Positions 26,799 to 36,111 are shown, counted from the stretch's first letter. The stretch: 64,000 bases of DNA from Candidatus Saccharimonadales bacterium (GCA_038211855.1 JBBQVE010000005.1:33-64032), one strand, 5' to 3'. A program made the numbers and translations. Notes: generated from the letters alone by a model not told the origin.

Positions 26799-27005
26799 AT
26801 GAGAACGTTTTACAAAGCACAATTGTATGAAGTATACGGGGAACCGACTCCACAAATGGTGCGTGAATTCCTAGAAAGTGGTCTTGGCATCATGGAAGAT
26901 TATACAGGCGAAGTGAGCGGGCTCATGCGAGCCAACGGTCAAGAGGCTCCGCAATTGCCCGTGTTTGTTGGCGGGACAGCCTTAGCGCTTTCTCAAGAAG
27001 CGTAA
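26799..27005 (+). CDS. hypothetical small acidic protein (68 aa)
   Basis: ATG preceded by GGAGAAAAGAG (a good SD), directly upstream of lysS. No recognisable family. Confidence 0.5.
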   Translation: MRTFYKAQLYEVYGEPTPQMVREFLESGLGIMEDYTGEVSGLMRANGQEAPQLPVFVGGTALALSQEA

Positions 27006-27027
27006 CTACTGTAAAATAAGAGGTACT

Positions 27028-28986
27028 ATGGCAACACTCAAAGACTTCCGTGACGAACGGCTACGCAAAATCGAAGAACTCAAAAAACTTGGCGTAAATC
27101 CGTATCCTGCCAAAGCCTCGCGGACCAACAAAAATGCCGAGATTACCGAGAAGTTTACCAAGCTTGAAAATAAGCAGGTGACTGTCGTCGGGCGCATTAA
27201 ATCTATCCGTAAGTTCGGCAAAATTGCCTTCGTAGTCATCAAAGATGATTCCGGCTCGATACAGTTATTCTGGCGCACGAGCGATGCTGAGGTAAATTAC
27301 GCAAATAGCGAAGTTTCGATGAAAGATATAGCACTGCTAGACAGCGGCGACTTCGTGGAGTGTGTTGGCAAAGTCATCAAAACTCAAACGGGCGAAATAT
27401 CCGTAGAAGTAGAAAAACTGCGCCTGCTCACGAAGGCGCTGCGACCGATGCCAAGCGATCAAGAAGGCTTTACCGACAAAGAAGAGCGCTTCCGCCGCCG
27501 CTACGTCGATATGAACGTCAATCAGGACGTCCATGATCGATTCATCCGTCGCAGCAATTTCTGGCAGGCAACGCGCCAATTTATGCTCGACAACAGCTTT
27601 CTAGAGATTAATATTCCAGTCCTAGAGCATACCACCGGCGGTGCTGATGCCAACCCGTTCGTCACCCATATGGACGCCTTGAACGAAGATTTTTATCTGC
27701 GAATTAGCCATGAGTTGCCACTGAAGCGACTCATTGGGGCCGGCTACGAAAAAGTTTTTGATATTGGCCCACGTTTCCGCAATGAAAACTATTCCGATGA
27801 GCATTTGCCGGAGCATATCGCCATGGAATGGTACTGGGCTTATGCCGATTGGCAGGATGGTATGCAGCTGATGGAAGATATGTTCGCCTCTATTCTGCAA
27901 AAGACTTTTGGTACGCTCCAGTTCAAGGTAAACGGCAAAGACGTCGATATGAGCAAAGCGTGGGAGCGATGGGACTATGCCGAGACGATCAAAAAGCACT
28001 ACGGTATAGACATTTTCAACTGCACGATTGCTGATGTACAAACACAGTTAAAAAAGTTCAAATTAGAAGTTGAAAAAGCCGAAAATATTCCGCGTGGCAT
28101 CGATAAGTTATGGAAGAATATCCGTAAAGACGTCGCCGGACCTGTGTGGCTCATAAACACGCCGGCTTTTATTTCGCCACTCTCAAAATCTGATGATCAG
28201 AATCCTGATTTCACACAGCGCGCTCAGGCGGTGATCGGTGGTTCGGAACTCTGTAATTTATTCTCAGAACTTAACGATCCAGTCGATCAGCTCAATCGCT
28301 TTTTGGAACAACAACAGATGCGCGACGCCGGTGACGACGAAGCCATGATGCTTGATATAGATTTCGTCGAAATGCTCGAATACGGCATGCCACCAACCTG
28401 CGGTCTCGGCTTTTCGGAGCGCGTTTTCTGGATTTTTGAAGGTGTTACGGCGCGTGAAGGCGTACCGTTCCCCCAGCTTCGCCAAGAAATAGACGGTGTC
28501 ACCAAAGCTATCTATTCCGAAGTATTCGCAGACACGAAGCGTGGCAAAAAATCTATTGACCGGCCGCAGGACTTTAGCAAACGGATTGTGTCAGTAGTTC
28601 GAAAGGATCTTGAGCCATGGCGTGTTGCCAATGCAGTTGCGCATATGGAAACAATCATCGGAAGCAAAGTACCAAATAAAGTCCTGACAAGCGGCGAAAA
28701 TTTCACCGGCACAGACAGCGTGAGTGTACCGCGAAATAGTCAGTTTCCAATTATTATCATGCGGGCCGACGAAAAGGAACTGCACAAACTATACGAAAAA
28801 GTAGCCAAAGCTAACCTTGTGCACCACGTTTTCATAAAAGAGATGCAAGACACCACCAGCGATCAAGAAATTATTGATACTTTGTCACAACAACCCATGA
28901 AAGATACTGAATTCTACGGTGTCAGCTTTTTTGCGTCCAATGAAAAAGCTGACGAGCTCACCAAGGGCTTGCAACTCTGGTCTTAA
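27028..28986 (+). CDS. lysS: lysyl-tRNA synthetase (class II) fused to a C-terminal DUF2000/PTH2-like domain
   Basis: N-terminal OB anticodon-binding domain and a class II core (FYLRISHELPLKRL, motif 3 GLGFSERVF). It is 652 aa, so residues after about 510 are an extra domain. Confidence 0.93.
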   Translation: MATLKDFRDERLRKIEELKKLGVNPYPAKASRTNKNAEITEKFTKLENKQVTVVGRIKSIRKFGKIAFVVIKDDSGSIQLFWRTSDAEVNYANSEVSMKDIALLDSGDFVECVGKVIKTQTGEISVEVEKLRLLTKALRPMPSDQEGFTDKEERFRRRYVDMNVNQDVHDRFIRRSNFWQATRQFMLDNSFLEINIPVLEHTTGGADANPFVTHMDALNEDFYLRISHELPLKRLIGAGYEKVFDIGPRFRNENYSDEHLPEHIAMEWYWAYADWQDGMQLMEDMFASILQKTFGTLQFKVNGKDVDMSKAWERWDYAETIKKHYGIDIFNCTIADVQTQLKKFKLEVEKAENIPRGIDKLWKNIRKDVAGPVWLINTPAFISPLSKSDDQNPDFTQRAQAVIGGSELCNLFSELNDPVDQLNRFLEQQQMRDAGDDEAMMLDIDFVEMLEYGMPPTCGLGFSERVFWIFEGVTAREGVPFPQLRQEIDGVTKAIYSEVFADTKRGKKSIDRPQDFSKRIVSVVRKDLEPWRVANAVAHMETIIGSKVPNKVLTSGENFTGTDSVSVPRNSQFPIIIMRADEKELHKLYEKVAKANLVHHVFIKEMQDTTSDQEIIDTLSQQPMKDTEFYGVSFFASNEKADELTKGLQLWS

Positions 28987-28991
28987 AAAAA

Positions 28992-29549
28992 TTATTTCTG
29001 CTTGGAGGCGTGGGCGAGATTGGCAATCATAGTACCAAAGATTATAAATACAGCACTATAGAAAAATATTTCACCGTAGAGTTGCACACGGTAACCTTCA
29101 TTAAAGAAATCATAGAAATACTTAGTCGAGCTTACCATATACATTGCTGAGGCAAGCAAGGAAACAGCGATAGTAAAAGTACGACTCTTCCATAGTGCCA
29201 TACTGATAATCGGTAATAAATACAGCAGCGTTGACGTGCTTGCCATACCGCGCTCCCAGTACGTCATAAAGCCTGCCAAAGCCAGTTCAGCTACCACACA
29301 ACCCACTAAGGCCGTAAAAATAACGGCGCTGGAATGGACCTTATTAATTACTACCCAAAAAACGGTAAAAACAAAGAAGAGCAGTCCTTCGAACATCCAA
29401 CGGTGGTACGTACTCTCGCGCGTAATGACATTACTACTGTCAAAAATAATGATAAATGCAGCATACACCGCCAAAAAAGCAAAATTCAATCTTGAGAGCA
29501 TCGGCAATAGCCGACTTGGAGCGGAGAGGTTTTTATTGTTTGTTGCCAT
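28992..29549 (-). CDS. polytopic membrane protein, unknown function
   Basis: 185 aa with about 5-6 hydrophobic helices. Convergent with lysS. Confidence 0.6.
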   Translation of the reverse strand: MATNNKNLSAPSRLLPMLSRLNFAFLAVYAAFIIIFDSSNVITRESTYHRWMFEGLLFFVFTVFWVVINKVHSSAVIFTALVGCVVAELALAGFMTYWERGMASTSTLLYLLPIISMALWKSRTFTIAVSLLASAMYMVSSTKYFYDFFNEGYRVQLYGEIFFYSAVFIIFGTMIANLAHASKQK

Positions 29550-29577
29550 ATAGTAGAGATATCATAGCATAAGTGTT

Positions 29578-31239
29578 TTAAGCAGCGGACACCTTAAGTT
29601 CGCGACCGCCAATGTTGCGGGCAAAGTAGCTATCGTGGCTAATAAAGATAATGGCGCCGTGGTAGGCTTTCAGGGCATTCTCTAATTCTTCGATACTTGG
29701 CAAGTCGAGGTGGTTCGTTGGTTCATCTAAAATGAGGAGGTTTGGTTTATTGATGAGCATGCGAATCAGCTGCAAGCGAGCTTTTTGGCCGCCGCTTAAA
29801 TTGCGGACCAAGATATTTGAGTCGGTCGCCGGATCAAATAAATAATTGCCCATCTCGCGCATGATGATCTCTTGGTTAATCGGAATATCAAACTCGCGGT
29901 GAATTGCTTCGATGGCTTCATACAGCGTATGATCCATTAAAGCATCGCCGATTTCTTGCTCATATTTATTCAGCCTGAGCAGGTGTCCGGGCTCAATGAT
30001 ACCGTTTATAAGCGTGGCTGGCTTTTTGTTGTTTACAGCATCGGCAATCGCTCGGACAATCGTGGTCTTACCGGCGCCGTTGCGGCCGATAATGTGCAAT
30101 CGTTCACCGTGCGAGAGGCTGAAGCTGACCGGTTTGAAAAGCGGCTTTTTGTCGTAGCCAAGCACCAACGTGCTGACACTCAGCAAGTCAGTGATACGCT
30201 CTTTTTGATCATGTCGCCCAAGTTTGATGTTCTTTTCTTTGTGCCTGTCATAGCTGGCTGTCACGCGTGGGTTGAGCAGGGCAACCGATTCTTGGTCGAT
30301 CCAGAAACTCGGCTTGGGTGTTTCGGCTTCTAACTTCTTAAGTTGTTTGGTAAGGCGAATTTCAATCACTACAAATGGGTTTTTCTGGTCGGCGGTACCA
30401 CCCCAGAGTGGTTTCTTAGCCCGCGCTGATTCAATCTGTTTCTTAATGTTTACCATGGTGCGCTGGGCGATTTCATAAGCCTGCAGTTTATTCGTTGTAC
30501 TAACGCTATTCTGACGCAAGTAATCGGTGTAATTGCCTTTGTACACATGAGCAGTCTTGTCTTTAATCTCGATAATGCGGTCGACAGTATCCAGAACATC
30601 GCGGTCGTGGGTAATCACCAGACAGCCGTGCTTAGCCATTTTGAGCCACTCAATGAAGGCGGCTTTGGCAACATAGTCCATGTGGTTGGTCGGCTCATCA
30701 ATCAAGGCTAAATCAGGGTCTGAGAACTGGACGCGCACCAACTCCACAAACCGCTTTTGACCACCACTCAGGCTCTGCATCGGTAGCAGCGCCTTTTCTT
30801 TTGGCAGTTGATATTTTTCGAGCGTCATCAGAATCTGATCATCAATATCGTAATAGCCTTTTTCGCTGAAAGTCGCCAAAGCTTCGGAATACTCAGTGAT
30901 CTTTTTCATGTTGTCGCTCATGTGGTCGGGGTAGGTATCAATGATGTGTTTCAGTCGGGCGTAATCGGGTAGGTTTTGCAGAATGTAATCCAGTGCAGTA
31001 ATATCGCCCAAATCATGATGTTCTTGGCGGGTTGCCAACATGCGCGCATCACGAATCCTCACCACTTCGCCTTCAAATTCTGTATCTTCCCCCGATAAAA
31101 CGTTAAAAAGAGTGGTTTTGCCGACGCCATTGCGCCCCACGACGCCGATTTTCTCGCCGTCTTCCACAAAGAAATGCAAATCGTGCAACAAATGCTTGTT
31201 GCCAATAATTTTATCGTCAATATCTACGGTGAGGAGCAT
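29578..31239 (-). CDS. ABC-F family ATPase (tandem ABC domains, no TM domain)
   Basis: Two Walker A motifs (GRNGVGKTT, GRNGAGKTT) and two signature motifs (LSGGQKRF, LSGGQKARL), separated by a charged linker. Confidence 0.9.
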   Translation of the reverse strand: MLLTVDIDDKIIGNKHLLHDLHFFVEDGEKIGVVGRNGVGKTTLFNVLSGEDTEFEGEVVRIRDARMLATRQEHHDLGDITALDYILQNLPDYARLKHIIDTYPDHMSDNMKKITEYSEALATFSEKGYYDIDDQILMTLEKYQLPKEKALLPMQSLSGGQKRFVELVRVQFSDPDLALIDEPTNHMDYVAKAAFIEWLKMAKHGCLVITHDRDVLDTVDRIIEIKDKTAHVYKGNYTDYLRQNSVSTTNKLQAYEIAQRTMVNIKKQIESARAKKPLWGGTADQKNPFVVIEIRLTKQLKKLEAETPKPSFWIDQESVALLNPRVTASYDRHKEKNIKLGRHDQKERITDLLSVSTLVLGYDKKPLFKPVSFSLSHGERLHIIGRNGAGKTTIVRAIADAVNNKKPATLINGIIEPGHLLRLNKYEQEIGDALMDHTLYEAIEAIHREFDIPINQEIIMREMGNYLFDPATDSNILVRNLSGGQKARLQLIRMLINKPNLLILDEPTNHLDLPSIEELENALKAYHGAIIFISHDSYFARNIGGRELKVSAA

Positions 31240-31257
31240 CCTCTAAGCGTACCATTT

Positions 31258-31318
31258 TTCTCGTCTAACACCTATGGAGACTTTCAATTTGACGAGAACA
31301 GGCCGGTGGAACTAAAGT
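31258..31318 (+). promoter_or_regulatory. putative promoter (TTGACG-18 nt-TAAAGT) overlapped by an 8-bp inverted repeat (candidate operator)
   Basis: TTCTCGTC at 31258-31265 and GACGAGAA at 31291-31298. The right arm overlaps the -35 (31289-31294); the -10 is at 31313-31318. Confidence 0.4.
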
Positions 31319-31354
31319 ATGATTAGTAAGAAAAGTATAACTGTGCTATCAAAC

Positions 31355-31585
31355 ATGAAACTATGGGGTACCGCCACAGTCGGTGCCAAAGGTCAAGTGG
31401 TTATCCCAGCTGAAGCACGTGAAGTACTCGGCATTAGTGAAGGCGATAAACTTGTCGTTATGAGCGCGCCGCACAACAAAGGTGCTGTATTATTAAAAGC
31501 AGAAGTATTTGAGCAGACAATGCGTGAGATGAGTGATCATATTTCGGCAATGACACAACACATGAAAGGTGGGAACAAAAAGTGA
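31355..31585 (+). CDS. AbrB/MazE/SpoVT-family DNA-binding protein
   Basis: [36 protein letters not shown] is a SpoVT-AbrB swapped-hairpin motif. The alternative start at 31319 (ORF track) would sit on the predicted -10. Confidence 0.8.
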   Translation: MKLWGTATVGAKGQVVIPAEAREVLGISEGDKLVVMSAPHNKGAVLLKAEVFEQTMREMSDHISAMTQHMKGGNKK

Positions 31586-32262
31586 TAGAACTCAAAGATG
31601 TGGGGAAGGTCTACGGCAAGAAAGATGCTACTTTTGTGGCGCTCAAAGATATAAACTTAAAAATTGCAGACGGAGCCAGCGTGGCGATTGTTGGCAAAAG
31701 CGGCTCGGGCAAAAGCACCATGATGCACGTGATGAGCGGCCTTGACCACGCCTCGGCAGGCAGTATAAAGATTAACGGTACCAGTCTGCTCACCATGAAG
31801 CAGAAGGCCGTTGATCGCTTCCGAGCGACCGACATGAGCTTTATTTTCCAATCATTCTTTGTTGAACCAAATCAAACCTGCTTTCAGAACGTCGCTTTAC
31901 CGCTCGAAATCGCCGAAGTACCGCGCCGAAAACGTCGCGCACTCGTCGAAAAGGCATTAGAAGAAGTCGAGTTGTTCGACAAGATAAATTCGCCGGCCCG
32001 AAATCTGTCTGGCGGCCAAAAACAGCGCTTAGCAATAGCTCGGGCGATTGTGAACAAACCAAAGCTGATTTTTGCGGATGAGCCAACCGGAAACCTTGAT
32101 AGTACAACTGGTGAAAAAATTATGGACCTGCTTTTTGACCTCAATAAGACCCTCGGTAGTACGCTAATTATCGTGACACATGATCATGAGTTGGCCGCTC
32201 GCTGTCAGGTCCAAGTCATCATTAAAGATGGCAAAATTGAATCAGTGAAAGGCGGCAAATAA
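31582..32262 (+). CDS. ABC transporter ATP-binding protein (MacB/LolD-like)
   Basis: Walker [10 protein letters not shown], signature [14 protein letters not shown], Walker B LIFADEPT. Overlaps the upstream gene by 4 nt. Confidence 0.92.
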   Translation: MIELKDVGKVYGKKDATFVALKDINLKIADGASVAIVGKSGSGKSTMMHVMSGLDHASAGSIKINGTSLLTMKQKAVDRFRATDMSFIFQSFFVEPNQTCFQNVALPLEIAEVPRRKRRALVEKALEEVELFDKINSPARNLSGGQKQRLAIARAIVNKPKLIFADEPTGNLDSTTGEKIMDLLFDLNKTLGSTLIIVTHDHELAARCQVQVIIKDGKIESVKGGK

Positions 32263-33647
32263 TGTACTTTTCTGACATCGTGAAGCGCAGTGGCCGCTCG
32301 CTCAAATCTTCCAAATTACGCACGATTCTTACCGCACTAGCCATCTCGGTGGGCGCTTTTACGCTCAGCATTACACTTGCCGCCAGCAATGGCCTGCACG
32401 ATTACACCAGTAAACTTATCAACAATAACTTTGACCAATCGGAGTTGATCGTTGGCCGTGACAAAGCCGTCGGTGGTCCAAATTCAGTGTCAGGTACGCC
32501 ACAAGAATACGACAGCTCAGTCTCTTCGATTTCTGTCGGCGCCAAAAACACCGTGCAAATCAAGAAAATCAGTGAAGACGATGCTAACGCGTTGCGCGCC
32601 AAAAGCTTTATCAGCCAGGTTCGTGAAAACTATCAAATTACGATTAATTATGTGACTCGTGACGGACAACGAAAATATACCGGTGGGGCTCAGGCCTACA
32701 ATCCATCTCAGAAGCCTGAACTCAAGGCCGGTTTAACCCCAGCCAGTGGCGATATTCCGAGCGGTACGATTTTGCTGCCAGACAGCTATATCTCATTGCT
32801 AGGATTCGGGAGTGCGGAGGCGGCAATTGGTCAGACAATCAACGTTGATGTTGCCCAGCCATTCTCGACCGCGTCTTTGCAATCACTTCTCAGCAGTAAA
32901 CAGTCAATCGCGCAGATTGCAGCCACGACGACATCTTTGAAGGCCAAGGAGCAAGTTTTTACCTTTAAGATAGGTGCGGTCTCCAAGAAGACAGCAACGA
33001 CGCTGAGCGTTGGTGTTGAGCCGATTCGACTTGCAAGTACTGACGCTCGTACTGTCTATGATTTTAGCGCCAAAGGGACGAGTGATTACAATAAGTTCAT
33101 CTATGTGTCAGCCAGTGTAAAAGACGGCACGAATGCTGCAAAACTAGCGGCCGCGCAGAACGAACTCAACAGCGAAGGTTATTTTACGCAGAGCAGCAAA
33201 GACCTCGAAAAAACCATCACCCAGTTTGTGAACATTCTCACGATCATGGTAGGTGTCTTTGGCCTCATCACCGTCATAGCGTCAGTCTTTGGTATAGTAA
33301 ATACGCAATATATTAGTGTGCTTGAGCGCACCCGTGAAATCGGTCTGATGAAGGCGCTTGGAATGAGCGGTGGCGAAATTAGCCAGCTGTTTATGCTGGA
33401 AGCGACCTGGATCGGCTTCTTGGGCGGCGCAATCGGTGCGATTACGGGCACGCTCCTCGGTATCGCCATCAATCCGACTTTAACGACAAAACTTGACCTT
33501 GGAGCCGGAAACTCTCTGCTTATTTTCCGTCCCCTGCAAATGGGTTCACTGATAGTGGCGTTGATGCTGGTGGCGACCATCGCTGGACTCTTGCCATCGC
33601 GCAAAGCTGCCAAACTTGATCCAATCGAAGCACTTCGTACTGAATAG
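32262..33647 (+). CDS. ABC transporter permease, FtsX/MacB-type
   Basis: N-terminal TM helix, a large extracytoplasmic domain, and a C-terminal FtsX 3-TM bundle ending LPSRKAAKLDPIEALR. Confidence 0.9.
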   Translation: MYFSDIVKRSGRSLKSSKLRTILTALAISVGAFTLSITLAASNGLHDYTSKLINNNFDQSELIVGRDKAVGGPNSVSGTPQEYDSSVSSISVGAKNTVQIKKISEDDANALRAKSFISQVRENYQITINYVTRDGQRKYTGGAQAYNPSQKPELKAGLTPASGDIPSGTILLPDSYISLLGFGSAEAAIGQTINVDVAQPFSTASLQSLLSSKQSIAQIAATTTSLKAKEQVFTFKIGAVSKKTATTLSVGVEPIRLASTDARTVYDFSAKGTSDYNKFIYVSASVKDGTNAAKLAAAQNELNSEGYFTQSSKDLEKTITQFVNILTIMVGVFGLITVIASVFGIVNTQYISVLERTREIGLMKALGMSGGEISQLFMLEATWIGFLGGAIGAITGTLLGIAINPTLTTKLDLGAGNSLLIFRPLQMGSLIVALMLVATIAGLLPSRKAAKLDPIEALRTE

Positions 33648-33685
33648 CTAGGCAGGGTATACTAAGTAGAGAAAGAAGGAGCACT

Positions 33686-33988
33686 ATGAAAGCACTATGG
33701 AACGATAAAGTGATTGCCGAAGCAGCTAAAGAAGACCTTATATATATTGAAGGTAACTGGTACTTTCCACCTTCAAGCATCAAGATGGAATTTCTCGAGA
33801 AAAGCCCGACGCCATACACCTGCCCATGGAAGGGTGTCTGTCAGTACTTTAATGTGGTAGATGGCGACACAAAAAGCGAAGACAATGCTTTTAGCTACCC
33901 CGAACCAAAAGCGAGCGCTATTGATACGGTGAAAAAGGACTTTTCAAATTACGTCGCGTTTTACCGTGATGTCCGTGTTGAGGAATAG
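33686..33988 (+). CDS. DUF427 domain protein
   Basis: 100 aa. NWYFPPSSI...CPWKGVCQYFNV...AFY is typical of DUF427. AAGGAG SD. Confidence 0.8.
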   Translation: MKALWNDKVIAEAAKEDLIYIEGNWYFPPSSIKMEFLEKSPTPYTCPWKGVCQYFNVVDGDTKSEDNAFSYPEPKASAIDTVKKDFSNYVAFYRDVRVEE

Positions 33989-34547
33989 AGCTGTTTTCGT
34001 CGGACTTGTAGTGCTGTTGGTAGTATCCTTCAGCTATATGAACCATCGATACAATCAACTTTCTAATGTGCAAAATGATGTATCGGCCATAGACTTTCAT
34101 GACCAGTTTTATGAAGGCAAGGCCTGCGGATTGTTGACGACCGTGGAAGCGGCAAAGTGGCTCGATACACCGGTTGGCACCAGCGGCAGCGTATCGCCAG
34201 CCGACAGCCCGACGGCCGGCACACGCTTCGGCAGCCCGCGCATCGACAGTTGCTCGCATACTGCCATAAAAAGCTCAGATGGCTACATAGATCTTGTTTT
34301 AAAAACTTACAGTAGCCAAAAAGTTGCCGACTCCGCGTATAGCCAGGAAATCGCCAAACTTTTTACGGTGACAGCACGAGATGCCAGCGGGCTAGGGCAA
34401 AAACTTAGCTATGGTGATGGTGCGTTTTATGTAGAAAAGCAGTGCATGGTCATCGAAATCAGTGCTTCAAAAACTCCCCGTATTGGTGACGCCAGCACTG
34501 AAAGATTCGCGCGCGCGATAGTAGAATCAATCCTGGTGAAACTATGA
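33966..34547 (+). CDS. hypothetical membrane-anchored/secreted protein
   Basis: N-terminal helix AVFVGLVVLLVVSF. 193 aa. Overlaps DUF427 by 23 nt and the next ORF by 4 nt. Confidence 0.5.
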   Translation: MMSVLRNRAVFVGLVVLLVVSFSYMNHRYNQLSNVQNDVSAIDFHDQFYEGKACGLLTTVEAAKWLDTPVGTSGSVSPADSPTAGTRFGSPRIDSCSHTAIKSSDGYIDLVLKTYSSQKVADSAYSQEIAKLFTVTARDASGLGQKLSYGDGAFYVEKQCMVIEISASKTPRIGDASTERFARAIVESILVKL

Positions 34548-35056
34548 AAAAAACAGCTATCGCAATTGTTGTTTTGCTGGCCGCGAGCGTCAGTGCAGGC
34601 TTGCTCGTGTATGAGCATTCAGTAAAGCCGAAAGCGCTTCAGAAAGCGCCACCTGTAGTTGTCAAGACGCTGCCCATTCCCATCAAACAGACGCCTGTTG
34701 CTGCGCCACAACCCGTCGTCGAAAGTGGCTATGTGATAGGTGTAGTCGCGATTAGCAAGTCAGTCAACGGCGAGCTGATTTCGCTAAAGATTTATAATGA
34801 TGGCGATACAACGCTGACGTCGGATCCTGATACCCAGTTCAAGCTGGTCGGCGTGGATGATCATGTCAGCCGATCGCCGATACCACGTACGACATCATCT
34901 AGTTTGATTGGTCAGCTACCAACGAATACTTCTCGATCGGGGATTATTAAATTTGATAGCTTTGTAAATGAAGCCAGTCAACTGCGTTTTTATCCCGATT
35001 CTGCGCAGCCAAATTTCATTGTAGTTCCGCTGATTCCATTGCCAGAGAGTCAGTAA
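34544..35056 (+). CDS. hypothetical secreted protein, possible Ig-like (DUF4352-like) fold
   Basis: Signal-like N-terminus MKKTAIAIVVLLAASVSAG. The C-terminal beta-rich segment ISLKIYNDGDTTLTSDPDTQFKLVG is only weakly suggestive. Confidence 0.5.
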   Translation: MKKTAIAIVVLLAASVSAGLLVYEHSVKPKALQKAPPVVVKTLPIPIKQTPVAAPQPVVESGYVIGVVAISKSVNGELISLKIYNDGDTTLTSDPDTQFKLVGVDDHVSRSPIPRTTSSSLIGQLPTNTSRSGIIKFDSFVNEASQLRFYPDSAQPNFIVVPLIPLPESQ

Positions 35057-35117
35057 TAGCGTTGTAATAGTTTGTCATTGCTTGTAACGCTTACCTATAA
35101 CCGGTACACTGTTTGCT

Positions 35118-36104
35118 ATGGCTACAACTTCTAAAAAATCATCCAGCAAAAAGACCAAAACGACTCGTAAGGTAAGTACCGCACCCATTAAGAAAACTAC
35201 CGCCAAAAAAGTATCACCAAAGAAAAGTACGACTCAAGGCACGACTTCAAAGGCAGCAGCGACCAAAACAACTGAAGTATCAGCAAAGGTCCAAAAGCCT
35301 GTATTAAATAAAGCAGTGAGTGTTTCTACGCCGCTGCAAAAACTGCGATCGCTGAACTTTTTTGTAGCGTTTGCTAGCGTTCTGCAAGCAGGCCTGATTC
35401 TTTTCTTGAGCAAAGCTTTTGGTGGCATACATTCCGTGTTTGCAAGCTTCCCAACGAATGATTCTCTGGCAACTGCTAGCAGTGGTCAGGCACAAATAGT
35501 GACTGGTGCACATCGCTTATTTGATGTTCATCTTTCTTGGCTTATCGCAGCCTTTCTTATTGTCACTGCAGTGATGCACCTTGCGCTTGCGACCATTCTG
35601 CGTAAGCGCTATGAGCGAGAGGTAGCTGTTCGTGTGAACCGCGTACGATGGGCAACGTACGCAATTTCGGGTAGCTTGCTACTCGTCACGATTGCCCTCG
35701 CTGCCGGCGTGAGTGACCTTGTTACTTTGCTTGCCATTGTTGGCTTCAACGTTATAGCTGCTCTCGTCGCTTTGAGCCGCGAACACTATACGCAAAACGG
35801 TGAGCGCACACGTTTGGTCTACGGCATCGGCGCAATAGCAGCTGGCGCACCATTCGTAATCTTTCTACTGAATATTTTAGGTACGCATCAGTACGGTGAA
35901 GGTGGAACGCCTAAGTATGTGTATTGGCTTTACTTTACTGGTTTTGTCATAGTGAGTGCATTGGCACGTAACCTCATTCAGCAGACTCGTGTTCGTGGCC
36001 GTTGGATTGATTATATCTATGCAGAACGTGTCTACATTTGGCTTAGTCTTATCGGTAGTAGTGCTGTTGCATGGGAAATTTACTCCGCCGTCCTAAAGAA
36101 GTAA
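35118..36104 (+). CDS. heliorhodopsin-like 7-TM protein lacking the retinal-binding lysine, with Lys/Thr/Ser-rich N-terminal tail
   Basis: Conserved blocks match heliorhodopsin 48C12 from memory: LRSLNFF, NRVRWATYAISGS, DLVTLLAIVGFN, EHYTQ, AERVYIWLSLIGSSAVAWEIY. Ser314 sits at the Schiff-base Lys position and Thr180 at the counterion Glu position. Confidence 0.65.
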   Translation: MATTSKKSSSKKTKTTRKVSTAPIKKTTAKKVSPKKSTTQGTTSKAAATKTTEVSAKVQKPVLNKAVSVSTPLQKLRSLNFFVAFASVLQAGLILFLSKAFGGIHSVFASFPTNDSLATASSGQAQIVTGAHRLFDVHLSWLIAAFLIVTAVMHLALATILRKRYEREVAVRVNRVRWATYAISGSLLLVTIALAAGVSDLVTLLAIVGFNVIAALVALSREHYTQNGERTRLVYGIGAIAAGAPFVIFLLNILGTHQYGEGGTPKYVYWLYFTGFVIVSALARNLIQQTRVRGRWIDYIYAERVYIWLSLIGSSAVAWEIYSAVLKK

Positions 36105-36111
36105 ATTCGTT

